Shown: in pieces, positions 1 through 9,909 of the stretch
How the letters are laid out: the number at the start of each line of letters is the position of its first letter
Position numbering within the stretch: the stretch's first letter is position 1
NCBI GenBank assembly: GCA_031291395.1
Contig: JARLJD010000109.1
Coordinates: 8,294-72,293, forward strand
DNA: 64,000 nt
Source of the DNA: Alphaproteobacteria bacterium
Lineage (GTDB): Bacteria; Pseudomonadota; Alphaproteobacteria; UBA9219
Reading direction: 5' to 3'
The notes under the pieces: model-generated
What the model was told of the DNA's origin: nothing
What the model saw: only the letters and a program-made list of their open reading frames with translations
The model's database searches: none
Program-made: the position numbers and the translations under genes

Positions 1-800
1 CCTCTTCCAGATCGCGGTTTGAGGTCGCGACCAAACGGATATCAATCTTGATCGGCTGCGTGCCGCCCACGCGGTCGATCTCGCGTTCCTGAATGGCGCG
101 CAGCAATTTGGCTTGCAGGCGGATGTCCATCTCGCTGATTTCGTCGAGCAGCAACGTGCCGCCGTTGGCTTCCTCGAATTTGCCAACGCGACGCGCGACA
201 GCGCCCGTGAACGCGCCTTTTTCATGCCCGAAAAGTTCGGACTCCAGAAGATTGTCGGGAATCGCGGCGCAGTTGACGGAGACGAAATTTCCTGTGGCGC
301 GGCGGCTCTTGCGATGGATATAACGCGCCATAACCTCCTTGCCTGTGCCGCTTTCGCCGGTGATAAGGATCGAGGCGTCGCTGGCGCCCACACGGTCAAC
401 CATTTGCAGCAAAGGTTTCATCGTCGCGTCGCGGGCGATGAAGGTCTGGTCTTCCTCGGCCACGGCTTGCAAAATCGCGGCGATCAAATCGGCGTCGGGC
501 GGCAAAGGGATGTATTCCTTCGCGCCCGCGCGAATGGCGCGCACGGCCGCAGTTGCGTCGGCACCGATGCCGCACGCGACCACGGGAATCGTGATGCGTT
601 CGGATTTCAAGCTGTCGATAAATTGCGCGATGTCGAGCGTCACGTCGCACATCACCAGATCCGCGCCTTGCCCGTTGCGCAAAGCGTTAAGCGCCCCCGC
701 GATGCTGTCGATATGCGCGACCTTGGCTCCGCGCTGCGTCGCCATGCGTCCGGCGGTGCCAAGAGGGCCTTCAAGTTGTCCGACGATGAGAAGTCTCATT
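1..800 (-). CDS. flbD: sigma-54-dependent transcriptional activator, FlbD-like (receiver-like N-terminus plus AAA+ domain), 3'-truncated by the window edge
   Basis: Minus-strand translation starts with ATG at 798-800 (MRLLIVGQ...) and runs off the window start. It contains GESGTGKE (Walker A) and [15 protein letters not shown] (GAFTGA sigma-54 contact motif). The + ORF 113..886 is its antisense shadow. Position downstream of fliN matches the Caulobacter fliF-fliG-flbE-fliN-flbD order. Confidence 0.8.
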
Positions 801-817
801 TTTCTTCCTTTACTCTA

Positions 818-1114
818 TTATCCTCGCACCAAATCATCCAGATCGACGCAGAGCGCTTTCGCGCAGACTTTAAGCGACGCGGCTGATCCCGGCTTCTTGC
901 CGTTTTCGACCTCGCTTAGATAACCCTTCGCAATGCCTGTCGCTTGACTGAGCTTGTCCAAGGTCATGCGCCGAAATTCGCGCCACAATCTGAGCGGCGT
1001 TTCTCCCGCCAGCAAGCGTTCGACCAGATCGTCCGGCCACGCGTCTTCGCTAGGCCCGCGTTCCTGCGCTTGCAGCATGTCGAAACGGTCTTTCCTGTTT
1101 TCATCCAAACGCAT
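818..1114 (-). CDS. small XRE-family helix-turn-helix protein
   Basis: 98-aa ORF. The C-terminal half, LSQATGIAKGYLSEVENGKK, is a typical XRE HTH. It sits between fliN and flbD in the same orientation. Confidence 0.5.
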   Translation of the reverse strand: MRLDENRKDRFDMLQAQERGPSEDAWPDDLVERLLAGETPLRLWREFRRMTLDKLSQATGIAKGYLSEVENGKKPGSAASLKVCAKALCVDLDDLVRG

Positions 1115-1162
1115 GTTCTGTTGTCCTTAGGCGGTGCGAGGGAATATGTGAATCTGTTTAAT

Positions 1163-1268
1163 GATTAAGAAAAACGGTAGAACAAGAGCGGCATGATTCC
1201 CTCCCCCATAGAGGGGGAGGGGACTCTATCGTTTTTGTCGCGTCATTTGTCTCACTTATTCCCTCATG
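1163..1268. repeat. MITE-like repeat family A, short (collapsed) copy
   Basis: ggcatgattccctcccccatagagggggaggggactctatcg, a perfect hairpin ccctccccc/gggggaggg. Flanks (gattaagaaaaacg...cacttattccctcatg) are shared with the copy at 1650-1868. Confidence 0.7.
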
Positions 1269-1275
1269 CCCCCTT

Positions 1276-1608
1276 CTAGCTGTTCCTGTCCGACTTAATG
1301 ATTTCCGTCATTGTGATCCCAAGCCGATCCTCGACCACCACGACTTCGCCGCGGGCGACGAGGCGGTTGTTGACGTAGATGTCGATCGCTTCGCCGACTT
1401 TGCGGTCGAGCTCGATGACCGCGCCGCGGCCAAGTTTCAGCAAATGGCTGACCTGCATTTCGGCTTTGCCCAGCACGGCGGCTACTTCGACCGGAATGCC
1501 GTACACGGCGTCGAGATCGCTCGCCGTCACCTGCTGCCCGTCTTTGGGTGTTTCCCCGGCATTGGCTTCAAGCTCGGTCAGGGTAAGGGATTCTTTGTCA
1601 TCCGCCAT
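1276..1608 (-). CDS. fliN: flagellar motor switch protein FliN
   Basis: 110 aa. Conserved FliN/SpoA C-terminal domain (VPVEVAAVLGKAEMQVSHLLKLGRGAVIELDRKVGEAIDIYVNNRLVARGEVVVVEDRLGI). Confidence 0.85.
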   Translation of the reverse strand: MADDKESLTLTELEANAGETPKDGQQVTASDLDAVYGIPVEVAAVLGKAEMQVSHLLKLGRGAVIELDRKVGEAIDIYVNNRLVARGEVVVVEDRLGITMTEIIKSDRNS

Positions 1609-1649
1609 AAAAAACTCCTGTTAAGGCTGCATAGGGAAGCAAGTAAACT

Positions 1650-1868
1650 TGTTTAGCGATTAAGAAAACGATGGGGCAAGAGCGGCAGGATTCCCTCCCC
1701 CTCTATGGGGGAGGGTTAGGGGGGGGGGATCGCGCCGCAAGGATCGTCTTCTGACTTGCAAAGACATCTCATGCGGAAACATCACCCCCACCCTAACCCT
1801 CCCCCATAGAGGGGGAGGGGATTCTATCGCTTTTACGGCATCTTTTGCCTCACTTATTTCCTCATGTG
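1650..1868. repeat. MITE-like repeat family A, full-length copy with inverted terminal hairpins
   Basis: Left end attccctccccctctatgggggagggttaggg; right end cccaccctaaccctcccccatagagggggaggggattc. The ends are inverted repeats of each other, each containing a GGGAGGG/CCCTCCC hairpin. Confidence 0.75.
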
Positions 1869-1870
1869 GT

Positions 1871-2530
1871 TTAAGAAGAAGGAAGTATCGTTTCCGCAAT
1901 CGCGTTTAGCGTTTTCTGCGTATCGCGATAGGCGCCGCCGTCGGCCCATTCGATGCGGCAATCGCCTGCTGCTACGGTATCGTCGGCCAGAACGATTACT
2001 TTGCCGGAATAGGCGCGTTTTGTCGCGATTTCCTCAATGCGTTCGTTCAGCGCGTCGAATTCGCCCTCGTGAACGCGAACGACCAGACGCGGCTCGCGCG
2101 ACATCTCGCGGATCGTGTCGTTGATAAGAGCCTCGATTTCCATCATACCGCTTTGCGCCGTAAAGGTCGGCAAAATCTTTTTTAGAGCTGCAAGGGACAA
2201 ACGGCGGATTTGTTCTTCCTGCTCTTGCGCCAAAGCGCCGATATGTTCGATCAGAACCGACACGTTTTGCTCGACCTTGGCCAGCGTCGCGGTCAAAAGC
2301 GCTGTTTGGTCGTCCTTTCCCGCCGTCTTGCCCGCGCCGAATCCCGTGTCGTAAGATTCTTTCTTCAGCGCGTCGATTTGCTCCGGCTTCATCAAAACCG
2401 GCTTGCGTTCGGGCGCGCGGTGAACAACCGCCGCGTCGTCGAACGAACGTTCGAACATGAATTTGCGCACGGGCGTACCCGGCGGCATTCCCTTTTTGTC
2501 TTTGAGGAGGGGTTCAGTAGACAAGCTCAT
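1871..2530 (-). CDS. fliH: flagellar assembly protein FliH / FlbE-like
   Basis: 219 aa. The C-terminal region ([19 protein letters not shown]...[23 protein letters not shown]) resembles the FliH C-terminus. It sits between fliG and fliN, as flbE does in Caulobacter. Confidence 0.65.
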   Translation of the reverse strand: MSLSTEPLLKDKKGMPPGTPVRKFMFERSFDDAAVVHRAPERKPVLMKPEQIDALKKESYDTGFGAGKTAGKDDQTALLTATLAKVEQNVSVLIEHIGALAQEQEEQIRRLSLAALKKILPTFTAQSGMMEIEALINDTIREMSREPRLVVRVHEGEFDALNERIEEIATKRAYSGKVIVLADDTVAAGDCRIEWADGGAYRDTQKTLNAIAETILPSS

Positions 2531-3542
2531 CTTCCTCCGCGCCCTTAGCTATGACGATTTCGCCCTTGGCTGCCAAATCCTTGGCGGTCGCGACCAGATG
2601 CGCCTGCGCCTCTTCGACGTCGCGCAAACGCACGGGACCCATCGAGGCGATATCTTCCTTGAGAAGTTTTCCAGCGCGCTCCGACATATTCGAGAAGAAC
2701 AAATCCTTGATCGACTCCGAAGACCCCTTGAGCGCCGTCGGCAATTTGGTTTTGTCCGCGATGCGCAAAATCGCCTGAATGGCGGCGCCGTCGAGCTTCG
2801 ACAGATCCTCGAACGTGAACATCAGCCCCTTGATCTTTTCCGCCGCGTCGCGGTTGCGTTCTTCCAATGCCGTCATAAATTTGGCTTCGTTGGCTCTGTC
2901 GAGATTGTTGAAGATTTCCGCCATCATTTCATGCGAGTCGCGGCGGTTGGTGCGCGCCAGATTGCTCATGAACTCGTTGCGCAGCGTGCGTTCGATGTCG
3001 TCGATCACGTCTTTTTGCACCGCCTCCATCCGCAGCATGCGGGCGATGACTTCCATCGCAAAGCTTTCAGGCAATTGCGTCAGAACGCGTGCGGCGTGGT
3101 CGGCCTTGATCTTGGAAACCACCACGGCCACCGTTTGCGGATATTCGTTTTTCAGATAGGCGGCCAGAACCGTTTCGTTGACGTTTGCCAACTTGTCCCA
3201 CATCGTGCGACCGGCAGGGCCGCGGATGTCTTCCATAATGTTGCTGACGCGGCTTTTGTCCAGGACCTTCATCAAAAGGCGCTCGGTCGATTCCAGCGTG
3301 CCGACGGTGCCGCCCGAGGACGACATCTGCTCGGCAAAATCGACGAAGAGCTTTTCGACCAAAGTCGCGCTGACATTGCCGAGATTGGCCATAACCTGCG
3401 ACAGATCCTTGATCTCGTCGTCGTTCATGTGGCCGAAAATGCGCGCAGCGTACTCTTCGCCCAGAGCCAGAATGAATAGCGCGGATTTTTCGAGGCCGGA
3501 AAGGGATTTCACGTCCTCGCGGAGGCGTTGACCGGCAGCCAT
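2514..3542 (-). CDS. fliG: flagellar motor switch protein FliG
   Basis: 342 aa. FliG-like N-terminal, middle and C-terminal domains. The start overlaps the fliF stop. Confidence 0.9.
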   Translation of the reverse strand: MAAGQRLREDVKSLSGLEKSALFILALGEEYAARIFGHMNDDEIKDLSQVMANLGNVSATLVEKLFVDFAEQMSSSGGTVGTLESTERLLMKVLDKSRVSNIMEDIRGPAGRTMWDKLANVNETVLAAYLKNEYPQTVAVVVSKIKADHAARVLTQLPESFAMEVIARMLRMEAVQKDVIDDIERTLRNEFMSNLARTNRRDSHEMMAEIFNNLDRANEAKFMTALEERNRDAAEKIKGLMFTFEDLSKLDGAAIQAILRIADKTKLPTALKGSSESIKDLFFSNMSERAGKLLKEDIASMGPVRLRDVEEAQAHLVATAKDLAAKGEIVIAKGAEEDELVY

Positions 3543-5254
3543 TAATGATTCTCCTGATACATCCAGTTGCGCAGGATTCCGATCGCTTCGTCAGGATGCT
3601 TGTCGACGATTTCGCCGACCTTGCGCAGGGAGGAAGCCTTGACGCGTCCGTCGACGCGCGAAATGTCGATCATGCGTTCGATCTCGGACTCCGCCGCCGC
3701 GGCTGCGGACTCGGCTGAGGACTCGCCGCCTGACATGCCTGCGGGAGCCGGCAACTGCGCGACGTTGCCGCCGCCGCTGAGCAAAGCCTGCTGATCGGAG
3801 CCGACGGATCCCGCCGTCTCCAGAACTTTGCGTAAGATGGGGCGCACAACCAAAAGCACGACCAAAAGTCCGATCAAAGCGAGAATTAGAGTCTCCGCCG
3901 CATGGAAAATGTCGGCGCGGGGAATGCCCATCAAAAGATCGGGGTTGCCGGAGGTCGCTCCTTTATCCTGTTCGCCCTGCGCGAATTGCATATCGGTCAC
4001 GTCCAGCGTATCGCCGCGCGAAGCGTCGAAATTCACCGCCGATTTCACCAGATCCTTGATTTTGGCAAGCTCTTCAGGCGTGCGCGGGGCATAAGTGGTC
4101 GTTTTGCCGTCGGCCGAGGTTTTATAGGTGCCGTCGACGACGACCGCGATCGACAGTCGGCGAACGCGCCCGCTTTCGCGCACCTGATTGCGCACCGTTT
4201 TGTTGATTTCGTAATTGATCGTCTCTTCGGAGTGTTTGTTGTTGCTGGTTGGCGTGCTTGCCGCTGCCGGTGTTGCGCCTCCGTTCGCGATTTGCTGCGG
4301 CGTGGCGGGAAGATTGGTGGAGACGGACACGGCGCCGGAATTGCCTTCGGAATTCGTGTCCGTTTCGTTTGTGTTTTGTGTCGAACGTACAACCTGACTG
4401 TCAGGGTCGAAGATTTCCGAACTGGTGGTAATGCGGTCGAAATCCAGATCGGCCGATACCTGCGCCCTTACTTTGCCAAAGCCCAGCGTTTGGGTCAGCA
4501 AATCCTCGATCTTGCGCGTCTGCGCTTGTTCATACTGGATGCGCTGATCTTCCTGATCGTCTTGGCTGTCGCCCGCGGCATTATTGCTGGGGCGCGCCAA
4601 AAGATCACCCCTGTCGTCGACGATCGAAACCTCGTTGGGCTGCAACTGCGGCACGGCGGCTGCGATCAGATGCTGAATAGCGGCGATTTGCTCGCGTGAT
4701 AGAACCGCGCCGTTGCGCATTTTAAGGAAAATGCTGGCGGTTGCCGTCTGGGTCGCGTGGCTGAACAATTCGCGCTGCGGCAGCACCAGATGCACGCGCG
4801 CGCTGTTGATGGGATCAAGTGAGCTTATCGTTCGCTCCAATTCTCCTTCCAGCGCGCGCAGGTGATTGATGTTTTGCACAAAGCTGGTGGTGCCAAAGCC
4901 TTCTTTCTGATCGAAAATCTCGTACCCGACCGAACCGCCTCTGGGCAGGCCATCGGACGCCATCAGCATGCGTATTTTTCCGACCTGATCGGATGGGACG
5001 CGGATCAGGCTGCCGCTTGAATCGACCTGATAGGGGATTTTAAGGGCGTCGAGCTTTCCCGCGATCGCTGCCGAGTCATGCTGGTCGAGTTCCGTATAAA
5101 GCAAGGCAAGCGGCGAGGTCGAAATCCGCGTCGTGATAAAGCCAAGCATGCCCAGCAAACTGACGAGAACGACCGCAATCGCCGCCAGCCGCATAGGCCC
5201 CAGATTGCGCAGAGTCTGCAAAAATGCATTCACCTGTTTATTCTCCTGCTCCAC
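3542..5254 (-). CDS. fliF: flagellar M-ring protein FliF
   Basis: 570 aa. An N-terminal TM segment, a conserved periplasmic ring domain, a low-complexity linker and a C-terminal TM segment. Confidence 0.9.
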   Translation of the reverse strand: MEQENKQVNAFLQTLRNLGPMRLAAIAVVLVSLLGMLGFITTRISTSPLALLYTELDQHDSAAIAGKLDALKIPYQVDSSGSLIRVPSDQVGKIRMLMASDGLPRGGSVGYEIFDQKEGFGTTSFVQNINHLRALEGELERTISSLDPINSARVHLVLPQRELFSHATQTATASIFLKMRNGAVLSREQIAAIQHLIAAAVPQLQPNEVSIVDDRGDLLARPSNNAAGDSQDDQEDQRIQYEQAQTRKIEDLLTQTLGFGKVRAQVSADLDFDRITTSSEIFDPDSQVVRSTQNTNETDTNSEGNSGAVSVSTNLPATPQQIANGGATPAAASTPTSNNKHSEETINYEINKTVRNQVRESGRVRRLSIAVVVDGTYKTSADGKTTTYAPRTPEELAKIKDLVKSAVNFDASRGDTLDVTDMQFAQGEQDKGATSGNPDLLMGIPRADIFHAAETLILALIGLLVVLLVVRPILRKVLETAGSVGSDQQALLSGGGNVAQLPAPAGMSGGESSAESAAAAAESEIERMIDISRVDGRVKASSLRKVGEIVDKHPDEAIGILRNWMYQENH

Positions 5255-5555
5255 GGATGAAGAATCCTCGGACGAGGCTCCTTAGGCTTTAACCAAACAT
5301 CGGCACAAATTGCCCACTGATTCTTTCTATTGGTTAAACAATGGAGGGGGCTTTATGAAAATTTCCTTAACAAAGTCGGCAGAAATTGCCGCCACACCCT
5401 ATTTCTGTGTCTTTCATGCAACACAAGGGATTGGGTGCGGTTGCCAAGTTACTACTACATAATGATGTTGGTCAAGAGATTAACTATATCGTTTCAGCGT
5501 TTGTCTGTCCGTTTGTGAATAAGTGACTCAATGGGCAACCCCAAGCCGAAGGTGC

Positions 5556-5600
5556 CTTCATCCCCCCCCAAAAGGGGGAGCGGGAATCCCGCCGGTTTTG
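5556..5600. repeat. partial family-A repeat (solo hairpin, reverse orientation)
   Basis: cccccccaaaagggggagcgggaatcccgcc, the same GGGGGAG...GGGAATCC end motif as the other family-A copies. Confidence 0.4.
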
Positions 5601-5603
5601 CAT

Positions 5604-6683
5604 TCAATTTGCCGCCCGCAGACTTCGCTGGCGCAGCATATGATCGGCAAGGACGCAGGCGATCATAGCCTCGCCGACGGGAACTGCGCGGATTCCGACG
5701 CAGGGGTCGTGTCTGCCTCTGGTAATGATATCAGTGTTTTGTCCTGCGGTGTTGATTGTTTGCCGCATCTGCAGGATGGAGCTTGTCGGTTTGACGGCAA
5801 AGCGGGCTGTTATGTCTTGCCCGTTGGAAATGCCGCCCAGAATGCCGCCTGCGTTGTTGGACAGGAACTGCGGTTTGCCGTCGGAACTCATGCGCATTTC
5901 GTCGGCGTTTTCTTCGCCTGTCAGGTTGGCCGCGCCAAACCCCGCGCCGATTTCAACGCCCTTGACTGCGTTGATCGTCATCAAAGCGCGGGCGATGTCG
6001 CTGTCGAGTTTGTCATAGATCGGCTCGCCCCAACCCGCAGGAACGCCGGACGCCACGACTTCAACCACAGCGCCGATGGACGAGCCGTTTTTACGTATTT
6101 TGTCCAGATCATCTGCCCATACTGCGGCGGCTGTGGGATCGGGGCAAAACAGCGGATTTTGATCGACCGCGTTCCAATCCCATCGGTTGCGGTCGATTTT
6201 ATGCGCGCCGATTTGCACGACTGCGCCGCAGATTTTTATGGAATCGCCAAGGATTTTACGCGCCACAGCGCCCGCAGCGACGCGGCATGCCGTCTCGCGC
6301 GCCGAGGAACGCCCGCCGCCGCGATAATCGCGAATTCCGTATTTCACCCAGTAAGTGTAATCGGCATGACCCGGGCGGAATTTATCCTTGATGTCGTCAT
6401 AGTCCTTCGACCGCGTGTCGGTGTTTTCGATCACGAGGCTGATTGGCGCGCCAGTCGTGACTCCCTCGAAAACGCCAGACAGAATCTTGACCTTGTCCCC
6501 CTCCTGCCGCTGCGTCGTGAAACGCGACTGCCCGGGCCTGCGCTTGTCGAGCCACGGCTGAATGTCAGTTTCGGTTAAGGGAATAAGCGGCGGACAGCCG
6601 TCGATCACGACGCCGATCGCAGTGCCGTGGCTTTCGCCCCATGTGGTAAAACGGAAAATTGTGCCGAGGCTGTTGGAGGACAT
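5604..6683 (-). CDS. aroC: chorismate synthase
   Basis: 359 aa. The N-terminus [11 protein letters not shown] and GRSSARETA signature motifs are present. Confidence 0.9.
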   Translation of the reverse strand: MSSNSLGTIFRFTTWGESHGTAIGVVIDGCPPLIPLTETDIQPWLDKRRPGQSRFTTQRQEGDKVKILSGVFEGVTTGAPISLVIENTDTRSKDYDDIKDKFRPGHADYTYWVKYGIRDYRGGGRSSARETACRVAAGAVARKILGDSIKICGAVVQIGAHKIDRNRWDWNAVDQNPLFCPDPTAAAVWADDLDKIRKNGSSIGAVVEVVASGVPAGWGEPIYDKLDSDIARALMTINAVKGVEIGAGFGAANLTGEENADEMRMSSDGKPQFLSNNAGGILGGISNGQDITARFAVKPTSSILQMRQTINTAGQNTDIITRGRHDPCVGIRAVPVGEAMIACVLADHMLRQRSLRAAN

Positions 6684-7922
6684 TTAAGTCTCTTCGTAGT
6701 TGATGTCTTTGCCGTAAGTCTCGTCAATATTCATCCACCCCCAAAACGCGGCGGCGAATACGATCAAACCGATGACGCCGACGGCGACTTGCGAATTATA
6801 AAGGGGTTTAATCAGCCCGAACAACAGATTCATGGGAATCACCAGCGCGCGCGCAAAATTAGGGACGGTCGTCGCCACGGTCGCCCGAACATTGGTTCCG
6901 ACCTGTTCCGCAATCGACGCGCCGCCGATCATCCAAATTCCAAAAGAAAGGCCAAGCAATCCGTTGGTTATGTAAAATTCCTCGCGGCTGCCCGGAATCC
7001 ATAAAAGGTATTTCAGGAAAACAATCACGCCTAAAACAATAGAGGCAATAATTGCTTTTTTCCGGCTACCCATTTTTTCGCTTATAAGACAGGCGAAAAG
7101 CGCGCCGAACAAACCGCCTGCAAAACCGAGAGTCAGAGTCAGTCCCGCCTTGATCGGTTCTGTGATTCCTTGCGCTTGCGCTATTTCGGGAGACAAAGTC
7201 CAGACGATTTGCGGGATAAATGTGCAGGGCGCTACAAGAAAAATGGCGGCAATATATTTTCTCAGCAGCTGAGGATTCCAGAAAATGATTTTCAATCCGC
7301 CGCGAGTTGCTACGCGCTTGGCCATTTCGGCGTACATTCCGGATTCAAACACAAGAACACGGGCAAGCAGCAAAACAAGGCCGGCAATGCCGCCGACAAA
7401 ATAGGCTTTGCGCCACGAAAGTTCTTCTGTCGCCAAGGCTGCCAGCAGAACGCCGCAAATGCCGAGAACAAGGAAGAATGCCACGCCATAGCCTCGCCGA
7501 TCCGGCGCGAGTTTTTCGGATATGAGCGTAAGCCCGACGCCAAGTTCACCCGCGACTCCCACCCCCGCCAGAAACCGCCCCAGCGCATAATGATCGACCG
7601 TTTGCACCGCGCTGCAATAAAGCGCTGCCAGCGAATAAGTTAGAATGGACGCGAACAGGCATGATTTTCGCCCGAACTTGTCGCCCAAAACGCCCCATAG
7701 ATAACTGCCCACCAAAAGCCCGAACAACTGCCCGTTACCGATAAACAGTCCGGCATTGGTCAAGGCATCGCCGCTTAAGTGAAGGGCGCTCAGGCTTTCT
7801 GTTCTTGTGACGTTGAAGATGAGAAAGTCATACATATCGACAAGATATCCGAGCGCCGTAACAATCACTGTAGCATTCAGAATTTTGGTCGTCAGAAGAA
7901 GCGGGGGGGGGGTGGAGGACAT
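6684..7922 (-). CDS. MFS transporter
   Basis: About 12 predicted TM segments with an MFS-like loop (GDKFGRK). The start is set at the internal Met (ATG complement 7920-7922); the longer ORF that runs to 8078 is basic and low-complexity and overlaps the next gene. Confidence 0.65.
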   Translation of the reverse strand: MSSTPPPLLLTTKILNATVIVTALGYLVDMYDFLIFNVTRTESLSALHLSGDALTNAGLFIGNGQLFGLLVGSYLWGVLGDKFGRKSCLFASILTYSLAALYCSAVQTVDHYALGRFLAGVGVAGELGVGLTLISEKLAPDRRGYGVAFFLVLGICGVLLAALATEELSWRKAYFVGGIAGLVLLLARVLVFESGMYAEMAKRVATRGGLKIIFWNPQLLRKYIAAIFLVAPCTFIPQIVWTLSPEIAQAQGITEPIKAGLTLTLGFAGGLFGALFACLISEKMGSRKKAIIASIVLGVIVFLKYLLWIPGSREEFYITNGLLGLSFGIWMIGGASIAEQVGTNVRATVATTVPNFARALVIPMNLLFGLIKPLYNSQVAVGVIGLIVFAAAFWGWMNIDETYGKDINYEET

Positions 7923-7923
7923 T

Positions 7924-8778
7924 TCATCCCTCGCTGCGCTTTTTGATTTTCTTCGTCTCCGGCAAATAATTTGTCTTGCTGACGACTTTGCGGCCGGTTT
8001 GAACTTCCAGTTCCTTGCGCGCTTTACCGGCGACTTTGCCGCCTTCAATGGCGGCGACCCTGTTTTTGTTGAAGCCATGCGCGTTTTTGGTCTGCGCGAT
8101 TTCGGTCGTCGCGGCTTCGCCCAGCATCGTGAAAATCAATTCAAGATCGTTCATGTGGTCGCGCAGATTATGCTGCTTGCCAAGGCTTTTCAGGTTTTTG
8201 TATTGCTGCGGTTTCAGGCCGAACGTTGCCTGAGATATTTCTGCCGTTAAAATCGCGTATTCCTTTGTGCCTTTGACGCCGCGCTTGCCCCATTCTTCGG
8301 TCAGCTTTTCGCGAACGGCTATGCCGCGCATGCGTTTTTCGATCCAGTCGTTGGGATAGCCCTTGGCTTTGTATAATTCGCGCGTGCGCTGCGTGGCGAG
8401 TTCGGGATTTTCGATTTCCTTGATGCGTTCATAGCCGATTTTGGCCAGCCACAGCTTAAACGGTTCGGCCTTGGGCGAGGGGACGGATTGGATGATGCGC
8501 AGCATCGTTTCGGTGTTGGCGCAGTCGGTTGTATATAATTTTCCGTCAGCCGAGGGCAGTTTGAGTTGTACGATTTTCTCGTACAACTGGTTCTCTCCTT
8601 GTTCTTGCTCCACTTTCCTTTTCAAATCAGACCAATAGCGGCGCGCATTGGCGCTTTCGCTAAGAACGCCAACAACATCAACCACCGAAAACAACCACTC
8701 ATTGTTATGCCATTTGCGGCGGATGTGGTGATCTTCAAAAGCGACCAGATGTGACGGCACAGAGGGGAGGTTAGACAT
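7924..8778 (-). CDS. DinD-like / Bro-N domain protein (DNA-damage-inducible protein D family)
   Basis: The N-terminus (FEDHHIRRKWHNNEWLFSVVDVVGVL) resembles a Bro-N/KilA-N-like DNA-binding module. The C-terminal half matches my memory of the DinD family. This family is often phage-associated. Confidence 0.5.
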   Translation of the reverse strand: MSNLPSVPSHLVAFEDHHIRRKWHNNEWLFSVVDVVGVLSESANARRYWSDLKRKVEQEQGENQLYEKIVQLKLPSADGKLYTTDCANTETMLRIIQSVPSPKAEPFKLWLAKIGYERIKEIENPELATQRTRELYKAKGYPNDWIEKRMRGIAVREKLTEEWGKRGVKGTKEYAILTAEISQATFGLKPQQYKNLKSLGKQHNLRDHMNDLELIFTMLGEAATTEIAQTKNAHGFNKNRVAAIEGGKVAGKARKELEVQTGRKVVSKTNYLPETKKIKKRSEG

Positions 8779-8821
8779 TGCGTTTCCTTTGCGTCCTAAA
8801 GTGAATGGGCTTTCGCGGTTC

Positions 8822-9694
8822 TCACTGCCCATTCACCCCCGCATTCATAGTCCCAACCAATTCCGCCAGTTTCTGCGTCTCATCCACCGCGATCATGCCG
8901 ACGGTGTGGTAGCCGGAATCGACGTGAAGAACTTCGCCGGTGACGCCTGTACCCAGATCGCTAAGCAGATAAAGGGCGGAATGGCCGACTTCGAGCGTGG
9001 TGACGTTGCGTTTTAACGGCGCGTTGACTTCGTTCCATTTCAGGATGTAGCGGAAATCGCCGATGCCGCTGGCGGCCAACGTCTTGATCGGGCCTGCGGA
9101 AATGGCGTTGACGCGAATGCCTTTGCCGCCCAGATCGACCGCCATATAGCGCACGCTGGCTTCCAGCGCGGCTTTGGCGACGCCCATCACGTTGTAGTGC
9201 GGCATCACGCGCTCGGCGCCCAGATAGCTGAGCGTCAGAAGGCTGCCGCCGCGGGGCATCAGCGGCATCGCGCGGCGCGCCAGCGCGGTGAAGGAATAAC
9301 AGGAAATGTCCATCGTGCGCAGGAAGTTCTCGCGCGTCGTATTGACATAAAGCCCGTCAAGTTCGTTTTTGTCCGAAAAGGCGATTGCGTGGACGAGAAA
9401 ATCGAACGATCCCCATTCTTTCTTCAACGCTTCGAATAAAGAGTCCATGCTTGCTTCGTCCGTCACGTCGCAGGGCAGGATCAGTTTCGAGCCGACGGAG
9501 GCGGCCAAAGGCGCGACGCGTTTTTGCAGCGCCTCGCCCTGATAGGTGAAAGCCAGTTCCGCGCCTTGTGCGGCGCACACGGATGCGATGCCCCAAGCCA
9601 GCGAACGGTCGTTCGCCACGCCCATAATCAAGCCGCGTTTGCCGGAGAGGAGTGAACCTTGAAGGGCCGCGGCGGGAGAGGGAGATTCTATCAT
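8822..9694 (-). CDS. fabI: enoyl-[acyl-carrier-protein] reductase (NADH) FabI
   Basis: An SDR fold with LSGKRGLIMGVANDRSLAWGIA at the N-terminus and the FabI catalytic region (YNVMGVAKAALEASVRY). Confidence 0.85.
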   Translation of the reverse strand: MIESPSPAAALQGSLLSGKRGLIMGVANDRSLAWGIASVCAAQGAELAFTYQGEALQKRVAPLAASVGSKLILPCDVTDEASMDSLFEALKKEWGSFDFLVHAIAFSDKNELDGLYVNTTRENFLRTMDISCYSFTALARRAMPLMPRGGSLLTLSYLGAERVMPHYNVMGVAKAALEASVRYMAVDLGGKGIRVNAISAGPIKTLAASGIGDFRYILKWNEVNAPLKRNVTTLEVGHSALYLLSDLGTGVTGEVLHVDSGYHTVGMIAVDETQKLAELVGTMNAGVNGQ

Positions 9695-9857
9695 GTTGTC
9701 CTCGGAAAATACAAAAAAGCTCGCCGGACTTTACACGATTACGGTTGAGCGTCAAATGGCGGAGATTTGGTGAGGGGTGTTGCGGGAACTTGCCAGAAGA
9801 AACGGGAATTCGTATATATCAGTCTATAAATCTTCTTTCGCGAGCGTACGGCGGTTC

Positions 9858-9890
9858 GAATCCACCCCTGTCCACCATCCTCAAACGCGT
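9858..9890 (+). ncRNA. tRNA-Ala/tmRNA-like 3' terminal fragment (T-arm, acceptor 3' strand, CCA)
   Basis: ggcggttcgaatccacc cctgtcc a cca: a T-loop TTCGAAT, a 7-nt acceptor 3' strand with U at position 70 (implying a G3:U70 alanine identity pair), discriminator A and an encoded CCA. No D-arm, anticodon arm or matching 5' acceptor strand lies nearby. Confidence 0.4.
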
Positions 9891-9909
9891 CGCGTTTAAA
9901 GATGCCGCA

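Noticed and set aside
113-886. 257-aa + strand ORF
   Set aside because: It is the antisense shadow of the flbD-like sigma-54 activator. The minus strand carries the AAA+ motifs GESGTGKE and GAFTGA.
2457-3479. 340-aa + strand ORF
   Set aside because: It is antisense to fliG. High-GC open frames opposite real genes are common.
3902-4699. 265-aa + strand ORF
   Set aside because: It is antisense to fliF.
5255-5520. Sigma-54 (GGCAC-N-TTGC-like) and CtrA (TTAA-N7-TTAAC) promoter elements upstream of fliF
   Set aside because: GGCACaaaTTGC is on the wrong strand for fliF and its spacing is three nucleotides short. The TTAA half-sites are 41 nt apart. No promoter call is made.
5523-6578. 351-aa + strand ORF
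   Set aside because: It is antisense to aroC, whose protein has clear chorismate-synthase motifs.
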